A stretch of 47,188 nt of DNA, from the NCBI RefSeq assembly GCF_001194135.2, contig NC_068988.1, positions 1,970,795-2,017,982 of the forward strand. The letters are read 5' to 3'. The notes under the pieces were generated by a model, which searched no databases, had not been told where the DNA came from, and saw nothing but the letters and a program-made list of their open reading frames with translations. The DNA is from Octopus bimaculoides (lineage: Eukaryota). Below are positions 35,463 to 47,188 of the stretch, one piece after another. Positions within the stretch are counted from its first letter, which is position 1; each line of letters starts with the position of its first letter. The position numbers and the translations under genes are program-made.

Positions 35463-37029
35463 CTCATCTTGGTCTTATTGACTACACACTCTCCTAAATA
35501 CGTAATACTCGTCAGGTTAACATTCGTCTATTTCTCGAAAGATTTCTATCATAATAATTGGTAAATAGTCTTTATTTTATAGTTCATATTACTATTTCTC
35601 TCTCTCTCTCTCTCTCTCTCACTTTCTCTCTCTCTCTCTCTCGCTTTCTCTCTCTCTCGCTTTCTCTCTCTCTCGCTTTCTCTCTCTCCAATTGTATCGT
35701 CCCTTATCAGTCGCAATGAGTTTTGTCCGATCACACTTATAGGAAAGTTACAGCTAGTCAAAGAGTTAGGAACAACCCAGATCCAGCACTTTGGAGGCAT
35801 GATTACATTTCGGTATACTGTTAGGATTCCAAACGTTACAGGAAGTTCTTTGACTGGAGCATTAAATGCTATACAAAATAAACCAAGTTTCTGGTCAACC
35901 ATCAATATAACAATATACCTGCTCTTACCAAGAACTCGAGTTACTGGAGTTCTCTAACTGCCTTCTGCAATCAAAGATTTGCAAATAACTGGGTCTGAAA
36001 TTTGAGTCAAGCGACAACCTAGAAGCGTCTGAATTGAATCGTGGGTCGTGCGTTTTAAAGAGAACAACCTATTAGTAAATTGAGCGAGAATTTGTGTTGT
36101 GTATTGCTCACGCAATAATACAAGTTGGTATTGATTCTAAGATAGGCACAAACAACAGGTCCACGAACTCACACACCAATGTGCCGATCGCTCAACAATT
36201 TACCAAACACATACACCTCCCCCTGTCACTAACACTACAATTCTCTGTTCATAATAATTCTAATTACATAAAGCAACCTTCAGCCAAGATGTCAAACATT
36301 TACTAATAGTCTAAGAGCAGTCCCAATTTCCGTTTAATTTTGTTGAATCAAAAATTCATGTGCCATAATGAAGAAACGAAGGAGGAGGGAGAGTGAGAGT
36401 GAGGAGGGAGTGTTGACAAAGAAAAGAAGAAAAATGGCAGAAGTGGAAGGAGACGGGAGGGGGAAAGAAAAGATTGAGTTCTCTTCACAGCTGAACTTAG
36501 AATGAATCATGCAAATGAAGGAGATAAAGTTGAAGAGTATTTGATTCTATCCCACCATTTCCAAAATAGAAGCGCTCTGTTCATCGTTAATATTTCAAAG
36601 TGTTTCTTTAGCTTTAATTTGTCTTCAACTATCTGAGATTGTTGAGAGGAAATTCTAACTTTAGCTTCGTCGAGGCCACACACAAAACACAAGAGGAAAA
36701 CAACCTCCAGTTCTGTTTCCCTTCATGAATTATAATATTGCTATCTGTGAATTTACGCAGAATTCCTCACAATTCACTCACACCCACACACAATTTATAT
36801 CCACCTAATCTTCTTTCTTTCTTTCTTTCTTTCTTTTAAATTTCCCACTCCTCTCTCCTACCCCCACTCCTCCAATTCTCCTTCTTTATTGTTTCCCTTT
36901 CTTTCTCTATTTCCACACCGTTTCTTCCTCCAATTATCACCTGTTTCAGCTTCTACACATTCCATTACCACCGCTGCCACTAAACTTCCACTATCATCAT
37001 CTCTACCACCACTACCCTCACCGTCCCAA

Positions 37030-37056
37030 CCACTACTATTGCTGCTGCTGCTACTG

Positions 37057-37088
<32 letters not shown>

Positions 37089-37090
37089 AT
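37030..37090. repeat. (CTG/CTA)n trinucleotide tract
   Basis: Direct. Confidence 0.9.
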
Positions 37091-37221
37091 CTGTCTCTAT
37101 CAATGAATGAAACTTCGACGTAGTTGAATACAAAACGTGGCTCACGAGGCCTCCGTTCCAATGGTTTTTCTCCCGGCTCACCCTCTCACCCTTATTACGT
37201 CAATCCAGTGCAAGGTTATCC

Positions 37222-37345
37222 GTTTACAGCCGAGTGGACTGGAGCAACGTGAAATGAAGTGTCTTGTTTAAGAACACAACGCATCGCCTGGCTTGGGAAT
37301 CGAAGCCGTGATTTCGCAACCGAGAACACAACAACCAGCCAGCCT
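37222..37345 (-). mobile_element. SINE family C head
   Basis: cgagtggactggagcaacgtgaaatgaagtgtcttgtttaagaacacaacgc...gggaatcgaagcc is the reverse complement of the family C 5' half. Confidence 0.75.
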
Positions 37346-37710
37346 TCCATTGCAGTCTTCATATCCTCAACTTGATATCCAATGCCTTCCCCCAAATCGA
37401 TCGATATTGGCTCTTCTCTGTCTACCGATATCTCTATATGCTCATGTGGCTTTCCAGAGAAGGCGATCCCTGGACTTTTCATCCTTTTTTCTTTAGTGTC
37501 CTGCATAATGTGTTCGTCCTCTGATTACCAAGGTGATGGTAGGAAGATTGCTATACAGTCGGTGCTTTATCGATGTGGCTGCCAAAGAAAATCTGAGAAC
37601 CGCACGAAGCATTCTCATGTACGAAATATCAAGCTTCTTTTCAAGTTTCTTATTCAGTGTCCATGCTGAAGAGTCATAGAAAAGTACTGATACAACGATT
37701 GGTTTCACAC
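37346..37710 (-). pseudogene. RTE-clade LINE C-terminal fragment (second subfamily)
   Basis: VVSVLFYDSSAWTLNKKLEKKLDISYMRMLRAVL...LYSNLPTI...R..HYAGH, RLLWK, GYQVEDMKTAME. Confidence 0.88.
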
Positions 37711-37887
37711 CTATAATGTGCTTAGCTGTATGGGAGACTCATCAGACTCAAGTGGCCGAAGGCACATAACCCCTCTACAACTGGAGTAAGGAATACATCA
37801 TGGTCAGTTAGTTTTGTAAGCAAAAATATACATCTGGATTGGCAAGAAAAATAACAGCAACAACAACAGCAACAACACAAACATCAA

Positions 37888-38260
37888 AGGAGCCACTACG
37901 TACTTGACATACAAGAAATAGTAACCAAATCAATTTTAAATCAAGTATCACTCAACTATCTTAAACAAGAATGGGCATGTTGAGTGTCTGTACAAGACAC
38001 TCTTAAAAAGCAGTGATGGTCATGGCTCGGATGCGTTTGGTTGTAGATTTGTTCACTGTTCATTGATCTGGAGCTAAACAACAACAAAGAAGTATTTATG
38101 TGGTTGGTCACTCTGCTAGAAATAGCTACCAAATCTCTGTTAAGTCACAAGATAAAAAAATAGAAAAGTGGAACTTTGGAAAAGATGGACTTGTGCACAT
38201 TTAGTCTTGGAAAACGATGAGATGTTCATGGAAGGATTGTCTTCTTTGGTTATAAGTCTT
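37888..38260 (+). mobile_element. Two tandem family E copies (37888-38087, 38098-38260)
   Basis: gaaatagtaaccaaatc...gatggtcatggctcggatgc...ggagctaaacaacaac; ctgctagaaatagctaccaaatctc...gatgagatgttcatgg. Confidence 0.55.
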
Positions 38261-38726
38261 CTTGATCAATTCCAATGTGGGATGTGTATGTGGGGGGGGG
38301 GGGGATAAACAACAACATCAAAACCATTACAAAAGAGAAATAAAAAAAAAGCCAAATACAACCACAAAACGACCAGTTAGCATTTTTGAACACAGACCAT
38401 TCTTTGCTAATTCCTTCTTCAACACTGACCAGGTGACCAGAAACCTATGCAGAATCGACAATTGTTACTGTTTTGGCGAGCGGGGTGGGTGGTAGAAAGC
38501 AGATTTAATAGTCGTTTCTACGCTCTTATTATGAAAGAAACAACATTCCCCTGCGCCAAACTAATGTGTAGGAACCAAGTCTTGGAGAGAAGTCTGAGAA
38601 ACTGGTAGTGCTATAAACACATCGATATTGGTTAACAATTCTACTGCTAATCAATATTGAAAATCAATAATAAGATAAATGGCTTGATACTGAAGTAGAG
38701 GACAGCTATCTAAAGATTACATCTCG

Positions 38727-38885
38727 CTGTGTGTATATATGTATGCGTAGATTATAGCTGTATATGTGAGTGTGTGTGTGTGTGTATGTGTGTATGTGTG
38801 AAAGTGTTCGCATGCATAATTGTTATGTAAAAACTGTATACATGCTTGTGTGGTTGTGGTCTATTTGGTTATATATACATATGTG

Positions 38886-38961
<76 letters not shown>

Positions 38962-39013
38962 GGTAAGTATATATGTGTATATAATATACATAGATATGTA
39001 TATGCATATATGT

Positions 39014-39063
<50 letters not shown>

Positions 39064-39410
39064 GCATATACATATATATATGTTTGTGTGTATGTATGTA
39101 TTATTTATACACACCCACTCCGCACAATATATAGATATATGTGTTTTTATACACACACATACATACACACACACTTAGATGTTTTTTTCTTTCTTTTCCA
39201 CTATTTTACATCCTTTTTTTCCTTTTTTTCCATTGGTTATGGTTATATATGCATGATTATTCGGCTGTGTAGTTACAGGCTATGTACCTATGTGTATATC
39301 TATGTGTGTGTATATGTACCGTATAAATATATATGTATACATATTTATATTATATGTAGATATGTATATATGTATATATACTCATGTATGTGTGTGTGTG
39401 TGTGTATGTA
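38727..39410. repeat. Extended TA/TG/CA low-complexity tract
   Basis: Direct; source of the YI/CV pseudo-ORFs. Confidence 0.93.
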
Positions 39411-39557
39411 AGCCTATGTAGTAGACATAGAAACATGGCCAATTTTAATGTATTTCTCTGTAGAATAAAAAAGAAAAGATATGATGAACAACCTTAATCA
39501 ATTTTCGAACCTTATTGAGTTCTCATCAGGGCTGTCTACATCACTTGACCAATACCA

Positions 39558-39663
<106 letters not shown>

Positions 39664-40207
39664 TGCATAGATGTTCCACATTCACATTTAAGTATATAAG
39701 ATATTGCAAGCAAATGAATATATATATGCCAAAGTGTGATTTGTTAGTCAAGTAGAATGTGCCATGTTTAGGTGATACAGTATTTTTTACTAAATGGAAG
39801 TATCTGAAGTCTGAACACATCTGGCGGTAGTCAAGAGACCAAGGATGGTAATGTAGGTAAGACATTGAATTCTTGCAACCGGATCCATGATGTTGTTCCT
39901 GCAGGGCTGGCACCCAAATTAGACACCCAAAGTAAACGGACACCAAATCAGAACAATTATCAGTGCACTGTAGGTGGAGGCAGAGAATATTTTATTTTGG
40001 ATGTGGTCCACAAATGTGAAACAAAAGCTCATGCTGAGAGCAGAGTTTGAATAATACTCAACCGATTCTGAGATAGAATGGGCACAACATGGTCTGGTGG
40101 GGATGGTTACACCGATTCCATGTTTTGGTGTGGTGATTTAATGAAAGAAAGAAAGAGGGAGAGGGGGAGAGGGAGAGGTAGTGAGAAGGTGAGACTGAAA
40201 GATTGAA

Positions 40208-40409
40208 TCTTTTATCTTTTACTTGCTTCAATCATTAGACTGTGGCCATGCTGGGGCACCCTCTCAAAGAATTTTAGCTGAATAAATCGACACCTGTACT
40301 TACTCTATATAAGTCACTTTAGTGAAACTGGTAATTTATGGTGATGTAAACACACCAACAGTGGTTGTCAAGTGGTAGGGGGACCAGTGGAGACACACAC
40401 ATGCACACG

Positions 40410-40440
<31 letters not shown>

Positions 40441-40588
40441 TTTCAGTTTCTGTCTACCAAATCCACTCAACAGGCTTTGGTTGATATAAGGCTACAGTAG
40501 AAGACACTTACCCAAGGTGCTATGCAGTGGGACTGAACCTGGAAGCATGTTGTTTGGATGCACACTTCTTACCACACAGCCATTCCTG
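40208..40588 (-). mobile_element. SINE family B, full length with internal (CA)n
   Basis: Tail ttttacttgcttcaatcattagactgtggccatgctggggcacc, internal CA tract ~40394-40440, head cagtagaagacacttacccaaggtgc...cttcttaccacacagcca. Confidence 0.88.
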
Positions 40589-41034
40589 AAGGTGGAAATT
40601 TACAAAATATTCATTAGTTGCACCAATTATTTTGTCAGTTAGTCTTAGGAAAGAAGTTTAAGATGCCTGGCCCTTAAGAGATCGCCTGAGACTTGTAGGG
40701 AGGTGGTAGAGAGGAAGGTATCCTTAAACCAAAGAACTTGTCCAAATATTTGCAGCAGAATGGAATGTGCTAAAGATTTCCAATGACCAGGAGGGGGAGG
40801 GGGTGTTAAACCTGACCACAGATTAAGTCATCCGTCCAAACAGGCCATACTGGACCCATTACTGCAAGGTATCTTGTCTGATACCCTCACACTTCTGCCA
40901 GTCATCTCACAGCACAAGATGGTTACTTTGTTTATCAATACACCAGGAAGATGAATGGCAAAATTGCCCTCAGGATGATTTGAACACAAATTGTACAAAA
41001 AAAAAAAGAAAATCAGAATAAGTATTCACATCAA

Positions 41035-41212
41035 ATTCTTGGCACAAGGCCAGCAATTTCGTGGAGGTGGGGCTAGTTGATTACATTGACCCCAGTATTC
41101 AGCTGGTACTTATTTTATTGACCCCAAAAAGAAGTGGGCCTCGGTGGCATTTGGACTCAGAACACAAAAACACGTGAAATCCACTTAGCATTTGAGTCTG
41201 CCAGATCACCAT
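41035..41212 (-). mobile_element. SINE family A, diverged
   Basis: ttggcacaaggccagcaatttc...gaccccagtattcagctggtacttattttattgacccc...cctcggtggcatttggactcagaac. Confidence 0.8.
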
Positions 41213-41614
41213 TTTAAGCATAATAAATATTGCAAACTGTTTCATCTGATTCTCTAACAACTTTGCCAGTTTGTCACTAATGTTATGTGGCAGTCAGAGA
41301 GGGAGTTTCACTGCAGGAAGTTGGCTGGGATTCTTTATAGTCTCCAGTTGACAACCCATGAAACATGTTTTGCATAGAATTATGTCCTGCAGGAATATCA
41401 TAATAGGTTCAGAGGGTTGCTGACACAGAGATAGAGGACTTGTTTGTTCTGCAAGGACCAGTTCTTCTTTTACTTCTCATTTTATTTATTACCATCTCAG
41501 ACGTTTCACCAAAACATATGTTCCAAACTTGTTGCTGGTGAACCATGAGGCCTTTTAGTGAAGCTTCAATATCATCCTTTGATAAGAATAAGTCTGTTAT
41601 CTCTTTCAGACCAA

Positions 41615-41760
41615 CATGTCCACACTGTTGCTAAAGCCTCTCTCTTAATATTCAAATAATTAAATTCTGCACAAATTAACCTCCTTCATAAATATAGTAC
41701 TGGCCAGTTATTCTGTGATAAAAATCCTGATATAGATTGCTCAATAGCATTGGTCGTTGA
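41615..41760 (-). pseudogene. Ty3/Gypsy LTR-retrotransposon RNase H fragment
   Basis: TTNAIEQSISGFLSQNNWPVLYL*RRLICAEFNYLNIKREALATVW aligns to TDAS...I.G.LSQ...PV.Y.SR.L..AE.NYS..EREALA.VW. Confidence 0.7.
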
Positions 41761-41836
41761 TGTGCCGTGTTGTGCCGTGTTGTGCCGTGTCATACAGAGT
41801 TTAACAAGAATATTAAATATTTAATAATACAAACAC

Positions 41837-42055
41837 ATGAATATGTATTTATCTGCATATGTATGTACAGACACAACACACACACACACACACACACACA
41901 CAAGCATTTATGAATATGTATATGTATATATAAATCAATATATACACATATATATACACATGTACATCAAATATATATATGCATATATAAATCAATATAT
42001 ATATCTGTATACATATATATATATATATGTTCATATATATACAAATATACTTATA

Positions 42056-42103
<48 letters not shown>
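41837..42103. repeat. CA/TA low-complexity tract before a gap
   Basis: Direct. Confidence 0.93.
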
Positions 42104-43175
42104 NNNNNNNNNNNNNNNNNNNNNNNNNNNNNNNNNNNNNNNNNNNNNNNNNNNNNNNNNNNNNNNNNNNNNNNNNNNNNNNNNNNNNNNNNNNNNNNNN
42201 NNNNNNNNNNNNNNNNNNNNNNNNNNNNNNNNNNNNNNNNNNNNNNNNNNNNNNNNNNNNNNNNNNNNNNNNNNNNNNNNNNNNNNNNNNNNNNNNNNNN
42301 NNNNNNNNNNNNNNNNNNNNNNNNNNNNNNNNNNNNNNNNNNNNNNNNNNNNNNNNNNNNNNNNNNNNNNNNNNNNNNNNNNNNNNNNNNNNNNNNNNNN
42401 NNNNNNNNNNNNNNNNNNNNNNNNNNNNNNNNNNNNNNNNNNNNNNNNNNNNNNNNNNNNNNNNNNNNNNNNNNNNNNNNNNNNNNNNNNNNNNNNNNNN
42501 NNNNNNNNNNNNNNNNNNNNNNNNNNNNNNNNNNNNNNNNNNNNNNNNNNNNNNNNNNNNNNNNNNNNNNNNNNNNNNNNNNNNNNNNNNNNNNNNNNNN
42601 NNNNNNNNNNNNNNNNNNNNNNNNNNNNNNNNNNNNNNNNNNNNNNNNNNNNNNNNNNNNNNNNNNNNNNNNNNNNNNNNNNNNNNNNNNNNNNNNNNNN
42701 NNNNNNNNNNNNNNNNNNNNNNNNNNNNNNNNNNNNNNNNNNNNNNNNNNNNNNNNNNNNNNNNNNNNNNNNNNNNNNNNNNNNNNNNNNNNNNNNNNNN
42801 NNNNNNNNNNNNNNNNNNNNNNNNNNNNNNNNNNNNNNNNNNNNNNNNNNNNNNNNNNNNNNNNNNNNNNNNNNNNNNNNNNNNNNNNNNNNNNNNNNNN
42901 NNNNNNNNNNNNNNNNNNNNNNNNNNNNNNNNNNNNNNNNNNNNNNNNNNNNNNNNNNNNNNNNNNNNNNNNNNNNNNNNNNNNNNNNNNNNNNNNNNNN
43001 NNNNNNNNNNNNNNNNNNNNNNNNNNNNNNNNNNNNNNNNNNNNNNNNNNNNNNNNNNNNNNNNNNNNNNNNNNNNNNNNNNNNNNNNNNNNNNNNNNNN
43101 NNGTATATATATATATGTATATATAGGTATATATATAGGTATATATTTTATATATATTTATATGTATGTATATAT

Positions 43176-43220
<45 letters not shown>

Positions 43221-43417
43221 TGCATTTTCCAAATGGGGTGATAATCCTTCTGTCTAACAAGCATGACCCAGGCATGTTTTGTGTGAAGAACTGGAAATTC
43301 ATGACAATTTCTGAGCCCGTTCTTTTGCAAAGGGCTCATAACATGTCCCCACATGGCAAGAAACTTGCTCATGTGTTTTTAGAGTGAACAACAAGTAAAT
43401 GGCACCTTAATTGCAGA

Positions 43418-43556
43418 GTGACTCATTTATAGCTGAGTGTACTGAAGACATGTGAAATGAAGTATCTTGCTCAAGGACACAACATACAGCCCAATTTATG
43501 AATAGAAACCTCAATCTTGTGATTGTGAGAGCAGCACCAAAATCACTCCACCACAT
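43418..43556 (-). mobile_element. SINE family C head, diverged
   Basis: actcatttatagctgagtgtactgaagacatgtgaaatgaagtatcttgctcaaggacacaac...gaaacc..aatcttgtgattgtgag. Confidence 0.7.
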
Positions 43557-43847
43557 GTCTTCACACACACACACACACACACACTTTTTTATTGGTTACA
43601 ATCATTGTTCCCAAGTTAGGGCATTGGGTTTTTAGGTTTCTGTCACTTTTTTTTATATTAACCCCAGTTGTTAGTGAGGGATTTGTTTTACAGCCAACTT
43701 AGAGATTGGCTGAGTTAACCTAATTTTAGAGAGTTATCTCCCTTCAATGACATGAATAAATGTCTGTTATTCACAACGATATGAGCTTGCACATACACAC
43801 ACAAATATAAATACATAATTTTATATATGTATATATAATTTTATATG

Positions 43848-43875
<28 letters not shown>

Positions 43876-43878
<3 letters not shown>

Positions 43879-44030
43879 CTGTGAAAATATATGACACTTA
43901 TTCAGTAGCCATGATAAAACTCCGGTAGCTGGATAACTGAAGAGATGGTCGGAGCGGAACACCGCCTGGGCATCGGAAACTCGGAGTTTTATCATGGCTA
44001 CTGAATAAGTGTCACATATTTTTACAGATA
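43876..44030. mobile_element. 155-bp fold-back element with 49-bp inverted arms enclosing a hammerhead
   Basis: 43876-43924 and 43982-44030 are reverse complements with 2 mismatches; the element sits at the edge of a (TA)n tract. Confidence 0.9.
43925..44001 (+). ncRNA. Type-I hammerhead ribozyme (family 2)
   Basis: gtagct g gataa CTGAAGA gatg-[gcgg aaca ccgc]-catc g GAAAC tc g gag TT ttatc at ggctac. Stem I gataa/ttatc plus gtagct/ggctac, stem II gatg/catc, pseudo-palindromic stem III; one extra G before GAAA. Confidence 0.7.
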
Positions 44031-44087
44031 CATTCCTCTATTTGCATAATATCGAGGTCTCTTTCTTTCTTTTGTTGCCACTCCTGC

Positions 44088-44119
<32 letters not shown>

Positions 44120-44714
44120 NNNNNNNNNNNNNNNNNNNNNNNNNNNNNNNNNNNNNNNNNNNNNNNNNNNNNNNNNNNNNNNNNNNNNNNNNNNNNNNNN
44201 NNNNNNNNNNNNNNNNNNNNNNNNNNNNNNNNNNNNNNNNNNNNNNNNNNNNNNNNNNNNNNNNNNNNNNNNNNNNNNNNNNNNNNNNNNNNNNNNNNNN
44301 NNNNNNNNNNNNNNNNNNNNNNNNNNNNNNNNNNNNNNNNNNNNNNNNNNNNNNNNNNNNNNNNNNNNNNNNNNNNNNNNNNNNNNNNNNNNNNNNNNNN
44401 NNNNNNNNNNNNNNNNNNNNNNNNNNNNNNNNNNNNNNNNNNNNNNNNNNNNNNNNNNNNNNNNNNNNNNNNNNNNNNNNNNNNNNNNNNNNNNNNNNNN
44501 NNNNNNNNNNNNNNNNNNNNNNNNNNNNNNNNNNNNNNNNNNNNNNNNNNNNNNNNNNNNNNNNNNNNNNNNNNNNNNNNNNNNNNNNNNNNNNNNNNNN
44601 NNNNNNNNNNNNNNNNNATATGCAGTATATATATATATGTATACACAAATGAGACTGATAAAAAATTTTCATCCTGCATGATCCAAATTTTGGGTTGTTT
44701 AACCAGTTTTAACT

Positions 44715-44900
44715 GTGCTGACTTGTGATAAAAGCTGTACCATTTACGATCATTTTATCTCTTTTTGTATGCAGTGAATCTAGCAATTCATGATCCAATG
44801 TGCCATATCTTTTTAGGAATGATAAATACACATTTGAGAGAGAGATTTGGTAGCTTTTTCTAGCTGGCAAAATGACCCTGTCGAACAAACAGGAGTAATC
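44715..44900 (-). pseudogene. Possible CR1/L2-type RT remnant
   Basis: NVYLSFLKRYGTLDHELL..IVNG loosely resembles VIYLDF.KAFD.VDH.LL..V.VNG; weak. Confidence 0.3.
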
Positions 44901-45134
44901 TTTATCGAGAAGCGGGCTGTATGAGATATGGCTCGTCGTCATCCCATAAAGACAGGAGGTAATTTTCCATTAGGCATGCCTTTCAGAAAGCCCGCAGCCT
45001 ACAAGGACCCCTTGACTACTGTAGGGGGCTCTCTTATTTGCTCATATATCCTTAAATTCTTCTATCATGTGACCCCTATTTCAAGATGTCAAGAATAGCT
45101 GGTGGATTGACTGTTGAGAGCTTAATTTTCCCAT

Positions 45135-45520
45135 GCTGGTGTTGTGTAAAAATCACCTGTGCTGGTGCCACATAAAAACTATTGATGCTGGTGCCATGTA
45201 AAAAGCACCTCTTCTTGTTCTCCATGCAGAGAACCATTCTCAGACTGCTGCCACATGAAAAGCGCCTGTGCTGCTGCCATGTAAAAGGCATCTGTAGTTC
45301 TACATAAAAAGCACCTAATGCACTTAATAAAGGGTTTGGCATTAGGAAGGGCATTCAGACATAGAAACCATGCCTAAACAGACAACTGGAGGCCAGGTAC
45401 ATCGCTCCGGATTGTCCAACCCATACCAGCGTGGAAAATAGACGTTAAATGACAATGATGTTGATGATGATAATGATGATAATGATGATGATGATGATCA
45501 TCATCATAATCATGATGAAG
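45135..45520 (+). mobile_element. 3' part of a SINE with an internal ~26-bp array, conserved central domain and (GAT)n tail
   Basis: About six units of gctggtgcca(c/t)gtaaaaagcacctgt, then ttggcattaggaagggcattcagacatagaaacc, ccaacccataccagcgtggaaaatagacgttaaatga and (GAT)n. Confidence 0.7.
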
Positions 45521-45849
45521 ATATTGCTGTTCTGATGGAAGAACACGAACCAGGAATCAATCAGTTCAGCTGATAGTCTCTCTTGCACAGTCTTCTACTC
45601 CACTCTAAATAACTTCAGCCATCAACAACTACAAAAGCAACCACAGCAGCACCAGCAGCAGCAGCTGTTGGTCTGTTGGAGATTCTCTGCCACACTTTTG
45701 AATATCTAAAGATAAGCGGGAAGACGCAGTGAATCTACATCTGTAACAATGTGACTTTACAGCGACAGTCTTAGTCTTCTTCACCAACAAACAAAAATGT
45801 ATATAAATCACATCAGATAAAGAAGATAAAAACTAAGAAACTAATAAGC

Positions 45850-46500
<651 letters not shown>

Positions 46501-46729
46501 AGCTTTATATAAGATGATATATATTTCCTGGCAAAAAGTGATTGGTAAAACCAGTCCTTCTTATTCTTCCATTTGTGGAGCTTTTCTAGATTTTTCTGAG
46601 ATTAAAACATAAGACCCAAAAGTTGTATCTAAACACAATCTGCATGAAAATTGCAGAAATTACTTTCCAGATTGCATACAGATTTTCTTACTATCTTCTT
46701 TGATTCATATTATTGCTATTATATATTAT

Positions 46730-47151
46730 TTAAATATACACACACACATACACACATACATACATACATACATACATACATACNNNNNNNNNNNNNNNNN
46801 NNNNNNNNNNNNNNNNNNNNNNNNNNNNNNNNNNNNNNNNNNNNNNNNNNNNNNNNNNNNNNNNNNNNNNNNNNNNNNNNNNNNNNNNNNNNNNNNNNNN
46901 NNNNTATATACATATATATATATGTACACATGCATATACATACAAACGTATGTGTGTATGTGTATGTCTGTATGCATATAAGTATGTGCGGTGTCCATGT
47001 GTGTATATAAACATGTACACCTGTATACACATGCATATACATATATGAGCATATGCACATATTAACATGCAAATGCATCTACTAGTATACAAATGTATAT
47101 ATATGTATGTACATATATGTATATACATATGTATATATATATATGTATATA

Positions 47152-47188
<37 letters not shown>
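46730..47188. repeat. (ATAC)n/(TA)n/(TG)n tract to the window end
   Basis: Direct; N gap 46784-46903. Confidence 0.95.

Noticed and set aside
35549-35905. 118-aa ORF with ~70 non-repetitive residues as a host exon
   Set aside because: No recognisable motif or convincing splice context, and part of the ORF is (GA)n.
37690-37750. Minus-strand CTGATGA...GAAAC at the RTE 5' junction
   Set aside because: Stems I-III pair poorly, and the GAAAC part lies in the RTE frame (KPIVVSV); probably chance or too decayed.
41495-41555. gacgtttcacc...ggtgaacc inverted motif giving GAAACGTC on the minus strand
   Set aside because: No CUGANGA at the right position; lies in probable retroelement-derived sequence.

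Overview
Repeat-saturated, AT-rich eukaryotic DNA from a gapped short-read assembly. N-runs include 10072-10594, 20403-20729, 30677-31506, 42104-43102 and 44120-44617, nearly all flanked by dinucleotide repeats. The SINE families and microsatellite density suggest an octopus (coleoid cephalopod) genome; this is inference from recalled repeat content, not a search. No intact host gene, true tRNA, rRNA or CRISPR array is supported, and most listed ORFs are microsatellite or N artefacts. The window holds many tRNA-derived SINEs (local labels A, B, C), an unclassified repeat (E), decayed LINE pieces (RTE, R4/NeSL-type with an RLE endonuclease, Penelope), DNA-transposon fossils (mariner, hAT) and a Ty3/Gypsy RNase H scrap. 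The most notable signal is three sequence-unrelated families of minimal type-I hammerhead ribozymes with palindromic or pseudo-palindromic stem III, each inside a fold-back element, as in Penelope-like elements. One family (14402-15017, second copy 31544-31795) is fused downstream of a tRNA-like Pol III promoter, suggesting a ribozyme-bearing SINE mobilised by Penelope-like machinery.
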